A DNA stretch of 63,810 bases, the filler included, from Lenisia limosa (Eukaryota > Protista > Breviatea): NCBI GenBank assembly GCA_001655205.1. It is 14 parts of 14 records of this genome, joined end to end, with 100 filler letters (N's around TTAATTAATTAA, not from the genome) between each part and the next. Parts side by side here need not be neighbours in the genome. Positions count along the whole stretch, not along the records: positions 41,613 to 48,014 come from LPNZ01004249.1; positions 48,115 to 49,937 come from LPNZ01008255.1; positions 50,038 to 51,128 come from LPNZ01004973.1; positions 51,229 to 54,838 come from LPNZ01003630.1; 10 more parts are not named here. One strand, 5' to 3'. A program made the position numbers and the translations under genes. The notes beneath the pieces are model-generated. The model was not told where the DNA came from. It saw only the letters and a list, made by a program, of their open reading frames with translations, and made no database searches. This document shows, one piece after another, positions 41,613 through 54,938 of this stretch. Position 1 is the stretch's first letter. Each line of letters opens with the position of its first letter.

Positions 41613-44600
41613 GCCACAGCTGCAAATGGATATGCAGAGCCCCATGTTGAAATTCGGGGCTACCAAGGCTTGTCACTCCATTCAACTTGCGGTGGGGGGG
41701 GGGGCAGATTTTTGAAATTTGTAAATTTGTTTTTGGATTTTTTGTTAATTGTTTTTTTTCTGGGTTTGCTTTCAAAGATATCTCTGCGGTTTTCCTTGAC
41801 TTTTCTTCAAATTTTAAGAAAGGAGCTTTTTATATTACTAAAGAAGTAAGAAGGAAATTGATTATTTTATGTCTGTCCAAGAAAATACAACATAATAATA
41901 CATAGGGGGTGGTCGTTCCCTTCCTCACCATCGTAGCTTAAGAGCCTTCATATGCAGCTGTCCCTGGCTGACAGTACCCCTTTTGCACAGCAGTATAAGA
42001 AGAACCTGGTAGGGGGGTGCCGGTGTATTTGGGCATACTATGTTAATGCTTGTGGGTTTGGGAGGCACACACGGGGTTGTTCTCAGAGTTGTACTATTAG
42101 TATTGGTAAATATTTTATTCATATATTTTAAATGTACTATTGCTTTTACTGTATTTTCAAAAGAATAAGGGCGTTTTATTATAGAGACATTTCAATGTGT
42201 CTTTTTGATTAGTTTCAGATTTTTATCTCACCTCACCCAAGATCGACCTGCTGAAAATGGACGAATGCACTGTACTACTCAAAAACGAGTACCATTACAA
42301 GGTAAGGGCTCTTCACAATTGGGATATCCTTAGCAAAGTCACTCGGGGCTGTGGGGTTTCATATGTAATTTAGTTGGATAACTAAAGCACTTCGGCTTGA
42401 TTGTACCTTGGGCTTCTCTGTGGTCCAAGATAGATCGAAATGTCTCTAGAAATTAAGTTTTTTACGGAACCGTAAGGAAGCTCTGGTTGCTGCTAACACT
42501 GCCAGTTGTTTTACGTTTTATATAGCCAAACTGAATACCAATTGGAAGACCATTAAACACCACATAGTATACCCATGTTCAATAGTATCTGGAGACACAT
42601 ATGTATGTAAGGATTGACTAAACCACCGTGTTCCGCAAATCCCCTTTCAATTCCTCTAATTCTCCTCACACCCACAGGTTGCCACCAGCTACCTAGACAG
42701 CCTCTGTGTGGACGTCAACATGACCAACGCTATTTTCACCGCTCATGGTCTCGGCATCCAGTTCCTTCAGACACTCATGCTGAACTACTCCACGTGGGGG
42801 CGGGGGCATTTCTATCAAAATTCCCTCAAATTCTTTGCATTTCTGTCGAAATTCCATCTATTTCACCCCATTTCAGGCATGCTGAGTCGGTGTCCTCATC
42901 GGATTTTGCTAAAAATGGCCGCCCGGCGCTGCCGAAGCCTGATCCAAATGAGGTACGTTACTTATATTGCAAGTCCATGATATTTTCCGACTTTATTCAT
43001 TCTTTTCTTTTCACAATATCTTGTTGTTTTGAACCCCCATTATTCCTTTTATCTCCACCCATTCATTCATATTTCGCAACTATAGCAGTAGATTGAATTT
43101 CCGCAGTAACCCCTCCAGCCGCCGGCCCCTGAAGTCAACAATCACGAGACGTACATGACTGCCCGCATCCAAAGCAGTGCTCTCATCTTGCCTGTAGATA
43201 TGGCCAATTCGTGGGCTTTGGTTGTGCCTGTAGATATGCCAATTCCTGGGCTTTTGTTGTGCCTGTAGATATGCCAATTCCTGGGCTTTTGTTGTGCCTG
43301 TAGATATGGCCAATTCCTGGGCTTATGTAATATGCTATGCTATGATATGATGCTGGGGAGGCACGCAGAAAGCTGTGCGCACAGATTTGTAACCCCAATG
43401 ATTGGTTGAATTAATATTCTGCTATGTACTCCAATATCTTTTATTAGCGTGATGGTATGGGCCAGATACAAACTTGTATTTCTCATGTCAAGATATTTTA
43501 TGCTTTATTCTAATCAATGAAATACTTCGTTAATCTAGATTAAGGTAGTACCGTGGTTATGGTTAATTCGTAATTTGTGGGTATACAAGGCGGGTACAAG
43601 TATACAGCTACATGTATGATGGATAACACTATGGAATAGTGTTATTTAGTAGTGCCAATCTATTTCAAGGTTCTGCTCTGATACTGCCTGTGGATATATC
43701 TATTTCAAGGTTTTGCCCTGATCTGGGTATTGGGTGTGTACAGTTTATTCATGGGAATATGATACCATTAGAAAAGTGTCTTGGGACCATTTACCCTCCC
43801 CAGATTACCAACACTCAAAGTGCACTCTAGTAGTTTCTCTACCCCTAACTAGGGCTTCACTTCGGTTCAAAAAAAGACTGAATTTCTTGATAAATCCTCG
43901 AAAGCTATCGATATTTTGCCGGTATTTTTCGAACCGAAGCCTTACCCCTCTCCCATAAATTTTCCAACTTTACTCTCCCTCTCCCCCAGGTTGCCTCCCC
44001 TCAAAGTGCACATTCCCTCAGTCATCCTGGAGAACCGCATAATGCCGCACTATTCGGACCTTTTCCTTGAAACGGGTATGGCTCATTTTCTTGGTTGCCG
44101 AAATAGAAACATATTACTGTATATAGCAGTCACTTAGTTTTAAATCAACATTCTTGTATGTATGTTTTCACATAAGGTGTGGGTTGTTATGGAGTATTGT
44201 CTGATCATTTATTACGACTACATGTAGTCAATTCAGCTATTGAAGTGATATAATTGTAACTAGAAGTGTCAGGACCATTTCAGACGCTCTAATCTTTTAC
44301 CTCAGCAAATTAACATAACCTTTTCAGCCTCAGTGGTTCTTTCCGTCCCCATGCAAAGCAGCACCGAAGCAGATGCAGGTTGTGGGGGGAGGGGAGATTG
44401 TACGTAAGGTACTTTGCCTTTTGTATGTACCTTTTTTTGGGGTTATTTTTGTGCTCTTTCATTGGCAATTCCCAGTAGCCAACATAATTGCTTGTGGGTC
44501 ACTTTGGTTGCATATCCACGCTGCCACACATTTGATTTTGGGCTTAGTTTTGTTCATTTTCCAATCCCCCCCCCCCCCTCAGACAGCGGCATTGACTTGT

Positions 44601-47600
44601 CATCCACCTCACATCTGCGTCTCGGNNNNNNNNNNNNNNNNNNNNNNNNNNNNNNNNNNNNNNNNNNNNNNNNNNNNNNNNNNNNNNNNNNNNNNNNNNN
44701 NNNNNNNNNNNNNNNNNNNNNNNNNNNNNNNNNNNNNNNNNNNNNNNNNNNNNNNNNNNNNNNNNNNNNNNNNNNNNNNNNNNNNNNNNNNNNNNNNNNN
44801 NNNNNNNNNNNNNNNNNNNNNNNNNNNNNNNNNNNNNNNNNNNNNNNNNNNNNNNNNNNNNNNNNNNNNNNNNNNNNNNNNNNNNNNNNNNNNNNNNCCA
44901 GCCCGTACCGGCCTCCACTACCACCGCCTTCCACTCGTCAACTGTCATTGATGTCGGAGACGTCGTGGGCCAGATCATACCGGACCAGGTGGGCCTATTT
45001 GCATGGTGCTGACCAGGTGGGCCTATTTGCATGGTCCTGTGGGGTCAGCAAAACAAACACAATAACAAAAACAAAATAATAAAATACCCAGTGACACAAA
45101 TAATAGAATTCGCTCACCTTACCACGATGTAGGTTCTGACTCTCTCGGAAGCCCTTTCCAACTTCGCGTTTCTTCTCAGTTCACCTTCTTCTGACGCGGA
45201 CGTTGTGCTCGAAAACGTGGGCGTAGATTTATATTAATACTATTAGTAATCGATATGAAATTTTTCTGAAAAGTAATATCTATGTTCTAGTGTGCCTGAC
45301 GCTTGCTCATAGTTCAAGAAGACGTTTATTTTTCACAACCATTTTCACATTCTCCCCTGACATTTGCTCACATTTGAAGAAGACGTTCACACCTGTCTTT
45401 CCCGAGAAAGCCACGCCACCCATGCCTTTCCCTTCATCTTCATGGAACGAGAAAAGCTCCCCCAAGGCATCTGGTTGGTTCAACACCCAAATTATTATTA
45501 TTTTACTACTACTATTATTACAATTACTATTACTATTAGTATTAGTATTATTATTATTAGTATCATTATTATTATTATTTAGTTATAGTAATATTGTTAA
45601 TATTAATAGCTATACACAATATGTATTGTACAACACCTCTTAATAGCCCCCCCCCCCAATTCTCCCGAAGTAATAATATCAATTAAACACATACTGTAGT
45701 AAACATCATCCCTTGACCCCCCCCCCCAGNNNNNNNNNNNNNNNNNNNNNNNNNNNNNNNNNNNNNNNNNNNNNNNNNNNNNNNNNNNNNNNNNNNNNNN
45801 NNNNNNNNNNNNNNNNNNNNNNNNNNNNNNNNNNGGATGACGGCACTGAGAAGGCCCTCCCTGTCCTCAATATCTTCCAAGTGGGGGGGGGGGGCTTTGA
45901 GGATGTGCTTGTTCACACCATGGTTGCAGTTATTCTGTTTCACTAATTGGGTTTCTTTGTTTCCTAAATTTCCATGCCCTTCCGTCTCCTGTTGACCAAC
46001 AGAGTTGACTCATTTTCATCTATTGTGCTTTTTAGATTGATAAATGCTCCAATGATCACCCTCAGATTGAGCTCGGCCAGGCCTGTGTCTCACTATGGGC
46101 GGGCAAAAGCGTCATCGAAGTTTCCCTCAAGGATGGGGCATCCATCGAGAGCGACACATTGGCATCGGCTTTGGGTAACTCCCGCAAGTGCGTCTTCGTG
46201 CCGTCCGTCGCCGTAAAGGTGGGGGGTGCTGCTGCTTATTGGTGGGGGTGTTGCTGCTTATTTTGGTCAATGTACATAATGTGCAACAGCCTCCCCTCAT
46301 AATTCAGGTTTTGTCACAGTCCGCACCGGATAAGTCGTCATGGACCGAAGTGGGGGGTTTCTAAATATATACATGTATGCTATGTATATTATAGTATAAT
46401 GAGAAATAAAGAATAAGGTTGCATCTGGCCGGAGCTGTCCACACCATCACGCTTTTCAGAGATATTGGATTTCCCTAATCATTTTCCCCTCACGAAGTAG
46501 GTATCTTCTGCCTCGACTTCGCTAACAATGACGCATTTGGTCAGTTTGCCCAATCACGCTACTGCCATGACAGAGCAGGTGGGCGGTGATGATGATTATG
46601 GGTGGTGTTTTGAATGAAAAAAGCCCAAAAGCAACTCTGGCTGTGTATTTGAGAGAAACAGCAGGGTTTGAAAACATCAAGTTATGGGCTTGTCTTGTTT
46701 TTTTTTTATACTGTATTTCACAGTAATTCCAATATGAAATCCGATTATCCTTAGATTTTATCAATAGCATTTTGAACCTTTATGAAGCCAGTTTTACCAG
46801 GATTTTAGGAGGCTTTCCTTCGGTCACACGACGCACTTCACAAGCGACTAGTCTGGTTATGGGAGGTGAGGCGGCTGGGTATTCACAAGCGACCAGTCTG
46901 GTTGAGGGCTATTCACAAGCGACTAGTCTGGTTGAGGGCTATTCAGTGGGTTGTGTTTTCATTTGCTCCCTTCTAATGACTCTTCTTCGCTCCACTCCTC
47001 TCATCACACAACTCTCTCCAGGCCGACCTATCCCCTCGGGACCTGCCTTTGCCCGCACCTCGTTTGCCATCGCCGCCGCCAGTCGACCGCCAAAAGCTGG
47101 AGGGGGACTTGGTGGGGGGTTACATGGTGGTGCGTGTTTGTGTGTATATCTCATATTTTCATCCTATAATATTGATACATTTAGGACTTTACTTCGGTTC
47201 GAAAAAAGACAGAATTTCTCGATAAATCCTCGATAATTATCGATATTTTCTCGAAATGAATTTTTATATATTTTCTATTATATTGTGTTTGTTGTACTCT
47301 ATAATATTGTATATTTTATCATTCGCATGGTGTATAAATTATTTTATGGAAAGGGAGCAACCCTGCTTGAAATAACCTCTTAGCCTGCACTCCGACGAAC
47401 AGCTGGAGCGTCAGCTGGGGGTCCTGCGTCACCTCTCCCTCCAAGGTCGGGAAAAATATATGATACTTTTTGCTCTTTAGTTATTTTTTTAATTCCATAT
47501 TTAACTCCTTGTCTTTATGACGGTTTTTAGGATTCAGCGGGGCAAGAGTGACCACTTCCACATCAATGGCAGACAGCGGGGTTCTAGCTCAAGGTCCGGG

Positions 47601-48014
47601 GGGGGGGGGGNNNNNNNNNNNNNNNNNNNNNNNNNNNNNNNNNNNNNNNNNNNNNNNNNNNNNNNNNNNNNNNNNNNNNNNNNNNNNNNNNNNNCTGGGT
47701 GGATGTGGGTGTGATGTGGTTGTATCATAACTGTTACGTTGGTGATACGTTGGTGAATATGTCATATTCGTGGTGGTGTAGGGGTCAACCTTTTCTAAGA
47801 AGGTAATCGATTTTCTATGAATAGCGTCAATACCTTCAAGACCCCATACACCTTACCGCCTAGATTGGACGAGGTGTTCCCGGCGCATCAACGAACCAAA
47901 TCTGACGTCCATGTTGGGGGGGATGTTTGCTGGGGAGGCACGCAGAAAGCTGTGTGCACAGCGGTAAGGTAAATGATTGGGTGAATTCATATTATACTAG
48001 TCCAATATCTCTTA
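41613..48014 (+). CDS. Large multi-exon gene, unknown function, both ends truncated
   Basis: Codon-biased exons including IDLLKMDECTVLLKNEYHYK, VATSYLDSLCVDVNMTNAIFTAHGLGIQFLQTLMLNYST, IELGQACVSLWAGKSVIEVSLKDGASIESD, EAFLRSHDALHKRLVWLWE and LHSDEQLERQLGVLRHLSLQ. It could be more than one gene. Confidence 0.55.
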
Positions 48015-48229
48015 NNNNNNNNNNNNNNNNNNNNNNNNNNNNNNNNNNNNNNNNNNNNTTAATTAATTAANNNNNNNNNNNNNNNNNNNNNNNNNNNNNN
48101 NNNNNNNNNNNNNNTGTTGTCAGCCAATAGAGTTGATTTTGGGCTTTTTTGTTTCAGAAATTTTCCAATTTTACTTCCAATTTTACTTCCAATTTTGCTA
48201 CAGCCACCACCAATATTTACAGGAATGCT

Positions 48230-48890
48230 GAATTTCCCTTAACCCCCTTTGATATGAGGAACAATGAGAAAATAGTGCATATTTCTCGGAACACAGCACC
48301 AAATCCCAGATACGGTCTAAACTTACGCATGCTTCATTTTCTTTTCTTTGTTCTCTTATGTAGTCCTGAGAAGGTAAATATTTCCTCCTTTCCTTACAAC
48401 TTTCAATGTGTATACCCTTCTGCCTATGTCACCACAACTATTTCCTATAATGTTGAGCACAATAACCAAAGCAGCGACGTTATCCGCCTCCCCCGCACCA
48501 TGGATGTGGCCATGAATATAATAAAACTGGGATCAAACCAAGAAATCACTGAGGTTGGCTCTTATTATATTTTCTCTTGTATTTCTCGTTCTACTTGGAG
48601 GAATAACTCACTGTTTTGTTATTATATCTTCCATCATAAAAATCGATTTTAAAATGATAACTGAGAAAACAAATCCAAGGAAATGGAAGGTGGATGATAG
48701 TTGTAGTAAAAAAACAAAGAGAAAGAGTTGTTCCCTTTTCTCAAAAAGAATGTGGTCAATGTGTATTTTTACATTGAGACTGGGACCGATGCCTAGGGAA
48801 ACACTATATAGTATTGTATATATTATATCATATTCTAATATTCTATTTACATTTATGAGTGCATTTAACTCTAATTCTTCAGGTTGATCT
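48230..48890 (+). CDS. Possible 3' part of a membrane protein gene
   Basis: YNFQCVYPSAYVTTTISYNVEHNNQSSDVIRLPRTMDVAMNIIK followed by a hydrophobic segment; no diagnostic motif. Confidence 0.3.
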
Positions 48891-49386
48891 TTTGCCGATA
48901 TTTTTTGATTGTGTAAAGTATTTTTTTGGTCAAGACTCATCAATGTAAGGCTGTTGGGTTTATTACACAATGACAAAGGACATTATTTTTGGGCCATTTT
49001 ATGATCATATGATGTACACTTTAGATATCACATGGACTTTGGTTTTACCTTAGAGCTTCTGTACTCTTTTATCATATACATGTAGCTACTAAATACTAGC
49101 ATGTGAAATTAAATATCATTATTTAATTTACATGCTAGTCCCACCGGTCATAAATCAGGTGATCAGAAATCAGGTGGAAATCAAAAATCAAATAGTTATT
49201 CAGTTTTTTACAAAAAGGAATTTTTCTTTAGCATGAACTTTGAATACTTGACCACTTTCAATCCCATAAGCTTGGTAAAACATACATATTGAAAATTTAC
49301 AAACAAAAATCACAGTTATTGTTGGTTGGCGTTGGGCTTCCAAGACTAGAAAAGGTTAAACAATGAAAAATGGATAAGGATGGTCA

Positions 49387-49875
49387 TCATACTGAGGTAT
49401 TGTTTTTTCTGCGCCGTTTGCCTTGAGTAGACGCCAAGGTTGATCGTGGCTCTACGGCTTTCTGGTTCACTGTCGTCATTCTTTGCTTTCTTTGCTTCTT
49501 TTCTTGAACGACTTCTTCCTTCTCAACACTTTGGATTTGCTTTAATTGTGCCTTCTTCTTGGTAGCCTGCTTCTTGTCGATACCCTCAAGGCCACCGAAT
49601 ACCACCGCTTCGGCTGGTCCCATTTTGGCCCCGCCCTTGGTGCTGACCTTGCGATTTCTTTCAGTTTTATTCTTAATCTCTTCAAGGGGCACAATTCCAC
49701 AACCTTCAGGGAGAGCTACTAGCTTCTCTTCGTGTAGATGTCGGACAAACGAGACTTCAGGGAGTGCTGGGTTCGCAATTGGCCCAGGTCAACAGATGAG
49801 ATGGCATGAGTGCTTGCAGTTTGTAAATCGGCGTTGATTTGAGCAATCTCTTCTGCTGACGCCTTTTTCCTAAAT
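49387..49875 (-). CDS. 3' end of a gene with a basic K/E-rich tail
   Basis: Codon-biased frame ALPEVSFVRHLHEEKLVALPEGCGIVPLEEIKNK...GKRRRKNNTSV-stop. Confidence 0.45.
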
Positions 49876-50956
49876 ACAATTTTGGGGGGTGAACAAGGAC
49901 ACAGGTTGAACGATTCAGGAGGGGCAACCAGGTTGTANNNNNNNNNNNNNNNNNNNNNNNNNNNNNNNNNNNNNNNNNNNNTTAATTAATTAANNNNNNN
50001 NNNNNNNNNNNNNNNNNNNNNNNNNNNNNNNNNNNNNCTGAACTGCTGTCAAAGGAAAAGTCCATTTGGTCCCTACTAAAATGAAAAAAAGAAGGCTGAA
50101 TATATTTTTTTTTTTGAATGATTAGTTTTGTTTTACTAAGTATTGATGGAATCAATATGAAAAATGACCACACCATCAAAGAGGGGTAGGTAGAAATTTT
50201 ACTGTACAAACATTTTCAACACATATACAGCTTTCATATCTTCTCTCGTTTCAATATAGAGGTTTGACGGTTGGATATAATTCATTTCATTTGTGCACAT
50301 GAAAGCAAAATTCTCAAGAAAACCAGAGATTATTTATATTACCTTGTAGAGGTACATCAATAATACAGCCCTTTACACCACATACAACTACAGTTCTGAA
50401 TATCTTCTTGATATTAAGAAGTACATACTATATGAAAGAGGGGAAAGAGGGAAAGTAAGATTGACAACACAATTTTGTTGTGGTAAGGTTACTGGGCAAG
50501 TTTTCAGATCCGAGGCATACACCGCGCTGCAGAGCAGTTAGAAGAGGGGTGGGAAGGTGGGAAGTAACTATATATACCCCCCATGTTTGGTTTTATACCA
50601 GTAATATAGCATCGAAGAGACTTCTGTCTAGGTTGATAAGATTTACCTACAGAAGAGGAAACTCGTTATTAGTGAGAATTAAATGAAACAAGCTTTAGAT
50701 GTATTGTTTAAAATAAATACAGTTTTTTTGAAAATAAATGTATTTATAAAGAATAACATTCAGTAAAAAAGAAAAGAAAAACAAAAAAAAAACAAGTCTA
50801 CAGAAATACAGAATTGGCTTTTGAGGTGGTGGCATGCAGAAAATATATGACAAGAAATGTATTTATCGATAAACATTCAGTAAACAATATATAAAATTAT
50901 AATCCAAAAATAAAAGATCACTTAGGATTTCCAATTTGAATCGCTTATGCTTTGTC

Positions 50957-51028
50957 GGCCTGATGGTCTAGTGGTATGATTCTCGCTTCGGGTGCGAGAG
51001 GTCCCGAGTTCGAATCCCGGTTAGGCCC
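50957..51028 (+). tRNA. tRNA-Pro, anticodon CGG
   Basis: 72 nt; acceptor stem GGCCTGA/TTAGGCC; anticodon arm CTCGC-TTCGGGT-GCGAG; TTCGAAT T-loop; downstream T8 Pol III terminator. Confidence 0.95.
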
Positions 51029-51228
51029 ACTTTTTTTTCCCTTTTCATTTACTTTGTTTTTTCATTAGTTTTTTTTTTTTGATAAGATGATGTGGTTACA
51101 CTTTCCAAGAACACCTCCTCAAGATTAGNNNNNNNNNNNNNNNNNNNNNNNNNNNNNNNNNNNNNNNNNNNNTTAATTAATTAANNNNNNNNNNNNNNNN
51201 NNNNNNNNNNNNNNNNNNNNNNNNNNNN

Positions 51229-52597
51229 GGACGGCTTCGGCCAGATACAACCATCCTTATAGTACTCCTTTTTATATGATATTGAAGCACAACAGACTAC
51301 CCACGATGAGTTCCTCCATAGGGTGTTTGACGTTCAGCTTGTAAGGTGAGGCAGTATGCATAACGAAATCGCAACCTAGGCGATCAGAGATCTGGAGTCA
51401 TGGACAATGGTTAGTTCTTCTCTTCAACTTAAAAAATTAGATTGATACTTTTGCAGGAGTTATGGTTCAAAACTGACCTTTGAAATAATATCCCGATGAA
51501 AAAGCGTGGANNNNNNNNNNNNNNNNNNNNNNNNNNNNNNNNNNNNNNNNNNNNNNNNNNNNNNNNNNNNNNNNNNNNNNNNNNNNNNNNNNNNNNNNNN
51601 NNNNNNNNNNNNNNNNNNNNNNNNNNNNNNNNNNNNNNNNNNNNNNNNNNNNNNNNNNNNNNNNNNNNNNNNNNNNNNNNNNNNNNNNNNNNNNNNNNNN
51701 NNNNNNNNNACTCGCCCCCAACCCTTCATGACTTCGTCCCAGCATTCAGCATCTGTGAGGTCGGCTCGGACAAGCTCCAGATTCCCCTCGGCATTTTGCA
51801 GGCTTCGTAGGTGGCCAACCTAGGAGTTCGTCAAATGCCTTTGAGAGAAAGTTTCAATGGGGGGTATACAGTGAACGCGAATATACCTTTTCAACTACTA
51901 AAAACAAATCATTTGCCTTCCTTATATAATGAAATATTGATAATTTATATCATTGTAAAACGCAGAGAGCTGCGTGTACAGAGTTATAAGGCAAATGATT
52001 GAGTTTTAGTTGTTGAAAATAATGTATTTCACACACCCCCTCAAAACCTTGACATCGTTCGAGGGGTCTCTAACTAAAGGTGTGAATGTAAAGATGTTTT
52101 TTTGCGACAAGCCCAGGGTTTAGAACACTTAAACAGTAATTATGAATAAATGACCTAAGCTGCAAGGATAATCAAAACCACTTGTAAATTTTTATCCCAT
52201 TTGACGACTCTTACTAGTTTGCCTACCTGTTGCTCTGACCCGGTATCCTGAGTCGAGAAGTTCTTTGACTACATAGGTCCCGACAAAGCCCTGAATAATA
52301 AACAAAAGTTGATAACTCGAGATGAGAAATAAAACACTCCTGAATTGGTTACACATAGCTTCCATCAAACAAGTGCGCATTTAAAACTAAAACTGCCAAT
52401 GCATCACCAAAAAACCAAAAAATGAGTCAGCAAAATGCGCCAGTTCACACCAAAAATGAGCCACACCAAAAATGCGCCAGCTCACCAAAAAAAACAAGAG
52501 AGGAAAAAAAGCGTGTCAGTTGAACATATACTATAAGTCAGCTTACATTTCCTCCAGTAACAAGAACGGGCAGTTGCGATTTGGGAGATGAGGACAT
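51229..52597 (-). CDS. NAD-dependent epimerase/dehydratase (DFR/CCR-like extended SDR); 3'-truncated
   Basis: MSSSPKSQLPVLVTGGN|GFVGTYVVKELLDSGYRVRAT, LELVRADLTDAECWDEVMKG|CDFVMHTASPY and HPMEELI. Confidence 0.88.
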
Positions 52598-53089
52598 TCT
52601 ATTGGTGATTATCGAATTCCTGATGTCAAAAGATGTTGTTGCTGATCTTGCAATTGTACAATTTTATTCTCTTCTTTCTTCTTTTCTATCATATTGGGAT
52701 GCAGGTTGTAATTCCAATGTCGCCATTTGACAACATACCTTGAAGGGAAACTGCGCGCTAGAGGTTATTCTGGGATCCCTCTCTTCAAAGCTTTCTTAAT
52801 ACAATCTTAAATATAAATCAACACGCAAAAGAGGTCTGAATTTCGCAATTTGCTGTAGCAAGGGCCAACAGCAAGCTTTCCCCGTCCCGGCTGACTTTAT
52901 AAAGCGCGTGTAAAAAGTTGTTGGTCTTTTCTGAACCTTATACAGTGCACTTTTCAGTTATTTTTAAAAACGTTAGAGTAACGCAACTGACAAAAGAACG
53001 ACAATACCGCTTGGCAAACATCAATGTTGTAACCCTTCGCTCTCCAAGACCTCTCTCTTTGTCCAGATCCCCCCAGGAGTTAAATGGTC

Positions 53090-53943
53090 ATGTCAGAACC
53101 CTCCAGTCCGCCAGCAGTCTCGGACGATGTCGTTTCACTGACTGTCAAGCGTCTTGATGGTGATCCAGTCACCATACGCCTTCCAGCAACAGTGGGGGTG
53201 GGGGCTGTGCGGTATGATTATGGTGCATGTAGGGGTAGTTAGTGGAAAGAATCGACTTTGGTCCAGGTTAACATGGATAGCGGTCCTTATCTTAACATGA
53301 TATTGACTGATAAGCTGTAACAACAACCAAAAATGCTTCATCCTAAAATCATATCAGTCAGTAGCATTTTTCTAAAATGATGGATGCCACACTTGGATGG
53401 GTAATTATTACTTTGAAATATAAGATGGTGTGGACAGCTTGAGACATCTTTGCTATCCATATGGGTTTGGAGTTGTATTGTTGTTCTGTCAAATATCGAA
53501 TAATTTTTTAAATATCTGAGGCTCCACTCAGATACCCCCCCCCCTCCATCACCTATATTTAGCATTTCAATATGTCGATATTGACAGAAAATAACTGGAA
53601 TCAATATCTCATATGAGTAATGGCACTTGGCCGCAGGGGGTTGGAAATGTTGGAACCGAAAAAGTTCGACGACTTTGCCTCAAGAAAAGGTGTTAAAGGA
53701 GGTTAAATGAACTGATTTTGGGGGATTTATGAAGAAAAGTCGTCTTTTTTTTTGTGTCAAAACTAGTTTCCAACCCTCAGCGGCCAAGAACCTGAGTTAT
53801 GGTTGGGATGTCATCGCATAGATGCTACCTTGTGGATTTCTACGGATTTACATTCCTTAGGCATCCGTTACAGATTTCAAGAAGATGGTTGAAGAGAAGA
53901 CCGGAGTGGCAAGCAATCTCCAGCGACTGATTTTCCAGGCCAA
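53090..53943 (+). CDS. N-terminal ubiquitin-like domain protein (BAG6/ubiquilin-type); continues downstream
   Basis: MSEPSSPPAVSDDVVSLTVKRLDGDPVTIRLPAT|ASVTDFKKMVEEKTGVASNLQRLIFQAK. Confidence 0.75.
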
Positions 53944-54938
53944 AGTAAGAGTGAATTCAACATTACGTCGTATCACTTGGGAATCCTTTTTGATTTTTAA
54001 GATTTCAATATAATTTCATGGGAGTCCTATGTATATAATGGAATCAGTAAAGTCTCTATTGAAACTATCATAAAGACCCGGCGTACACAAAGAAAAGGGG
54101 TTCAATTCAGGAAAGGCATATTGTTTTTATCAGCCTTTCCTTTTAATTTATTGATACTCAACCAATAAGAAAAAGGACTCTGGGAGTAACTTCCAATTAT
54201 TTAGAACAGGTCTAATGGTCAACTCCCGTATTGACTTCCAATTATGTAGTAAAGAAACGGGGGCCAACTGGGAACTTCAATTTTATATGTCTAATGGCCA
54301 ACCAGATATTCGTTGGTTCACCTGCTATCTTCTGCAGTGTATTAATTGATATGGAATGTCTTCAAGATGAAAAATGATTAGTATATGAAATACTCAACAT
54401 GATATCATATTCATTGGTCAACACTATTTAGAACATATTAATAGTAACCCACTAACTTGTCGCCGTTCAACATACCACTGGCATCCCAACAAACTTTGTA
54501 TATTGAACTTATTATAATATGCCACCAACTTTTGAATATTGAACAAAAAAATAGTTTCCTAACAACTTGTCGCTGTTCAACATCTTCCTGGTATACCACC
54601 AGCTTTTGTATATTCTTGTTCTTCAAAATATGGATTTCTCACTGTTTAGATACTAAAAGACACACTTGCGCTTACTGACTATGGTTGGAGGGTGTTGGGA
54701 GGAGGGGGGTAAATGGAAAATTAATGAAACAAAACACATAGTAAAAACCAAGGGTGGGACTTGGCTTCGACAGTGTGAGAATGGAAACGGAGCATATTCA
54801 GTGATAATAATACTTTTGATGTCATAAATTTGTCAATTNNNNNNNNNNNNNNNNNNNNNNNNNNNNNNNNNNNNNNNNNNNNTTAATTAATTAANNNNNN
54901 NNNNNNNNNNNNNNNNNNNNNNNNNNNNNNNNNNNNNN

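Noticed and set aside
43190-43325. CRISPR-like array (also 4048-4230 and 34543-34680)
   Set aside because: Tandem repeats without unique constant-length spacers, in eukaryotic introns, with no cas genes.
44020-44215. Protein kinase call from VWVVMEYC
   Set aside because: Isolated motif followed by a stop in that frame; no other kinase motifs nearby.
45290-45643. Hydrophobic poly-L/poly-I ORFs
   Set aside because: They arise from an intronic (TAT/TAC)n microsatellite.
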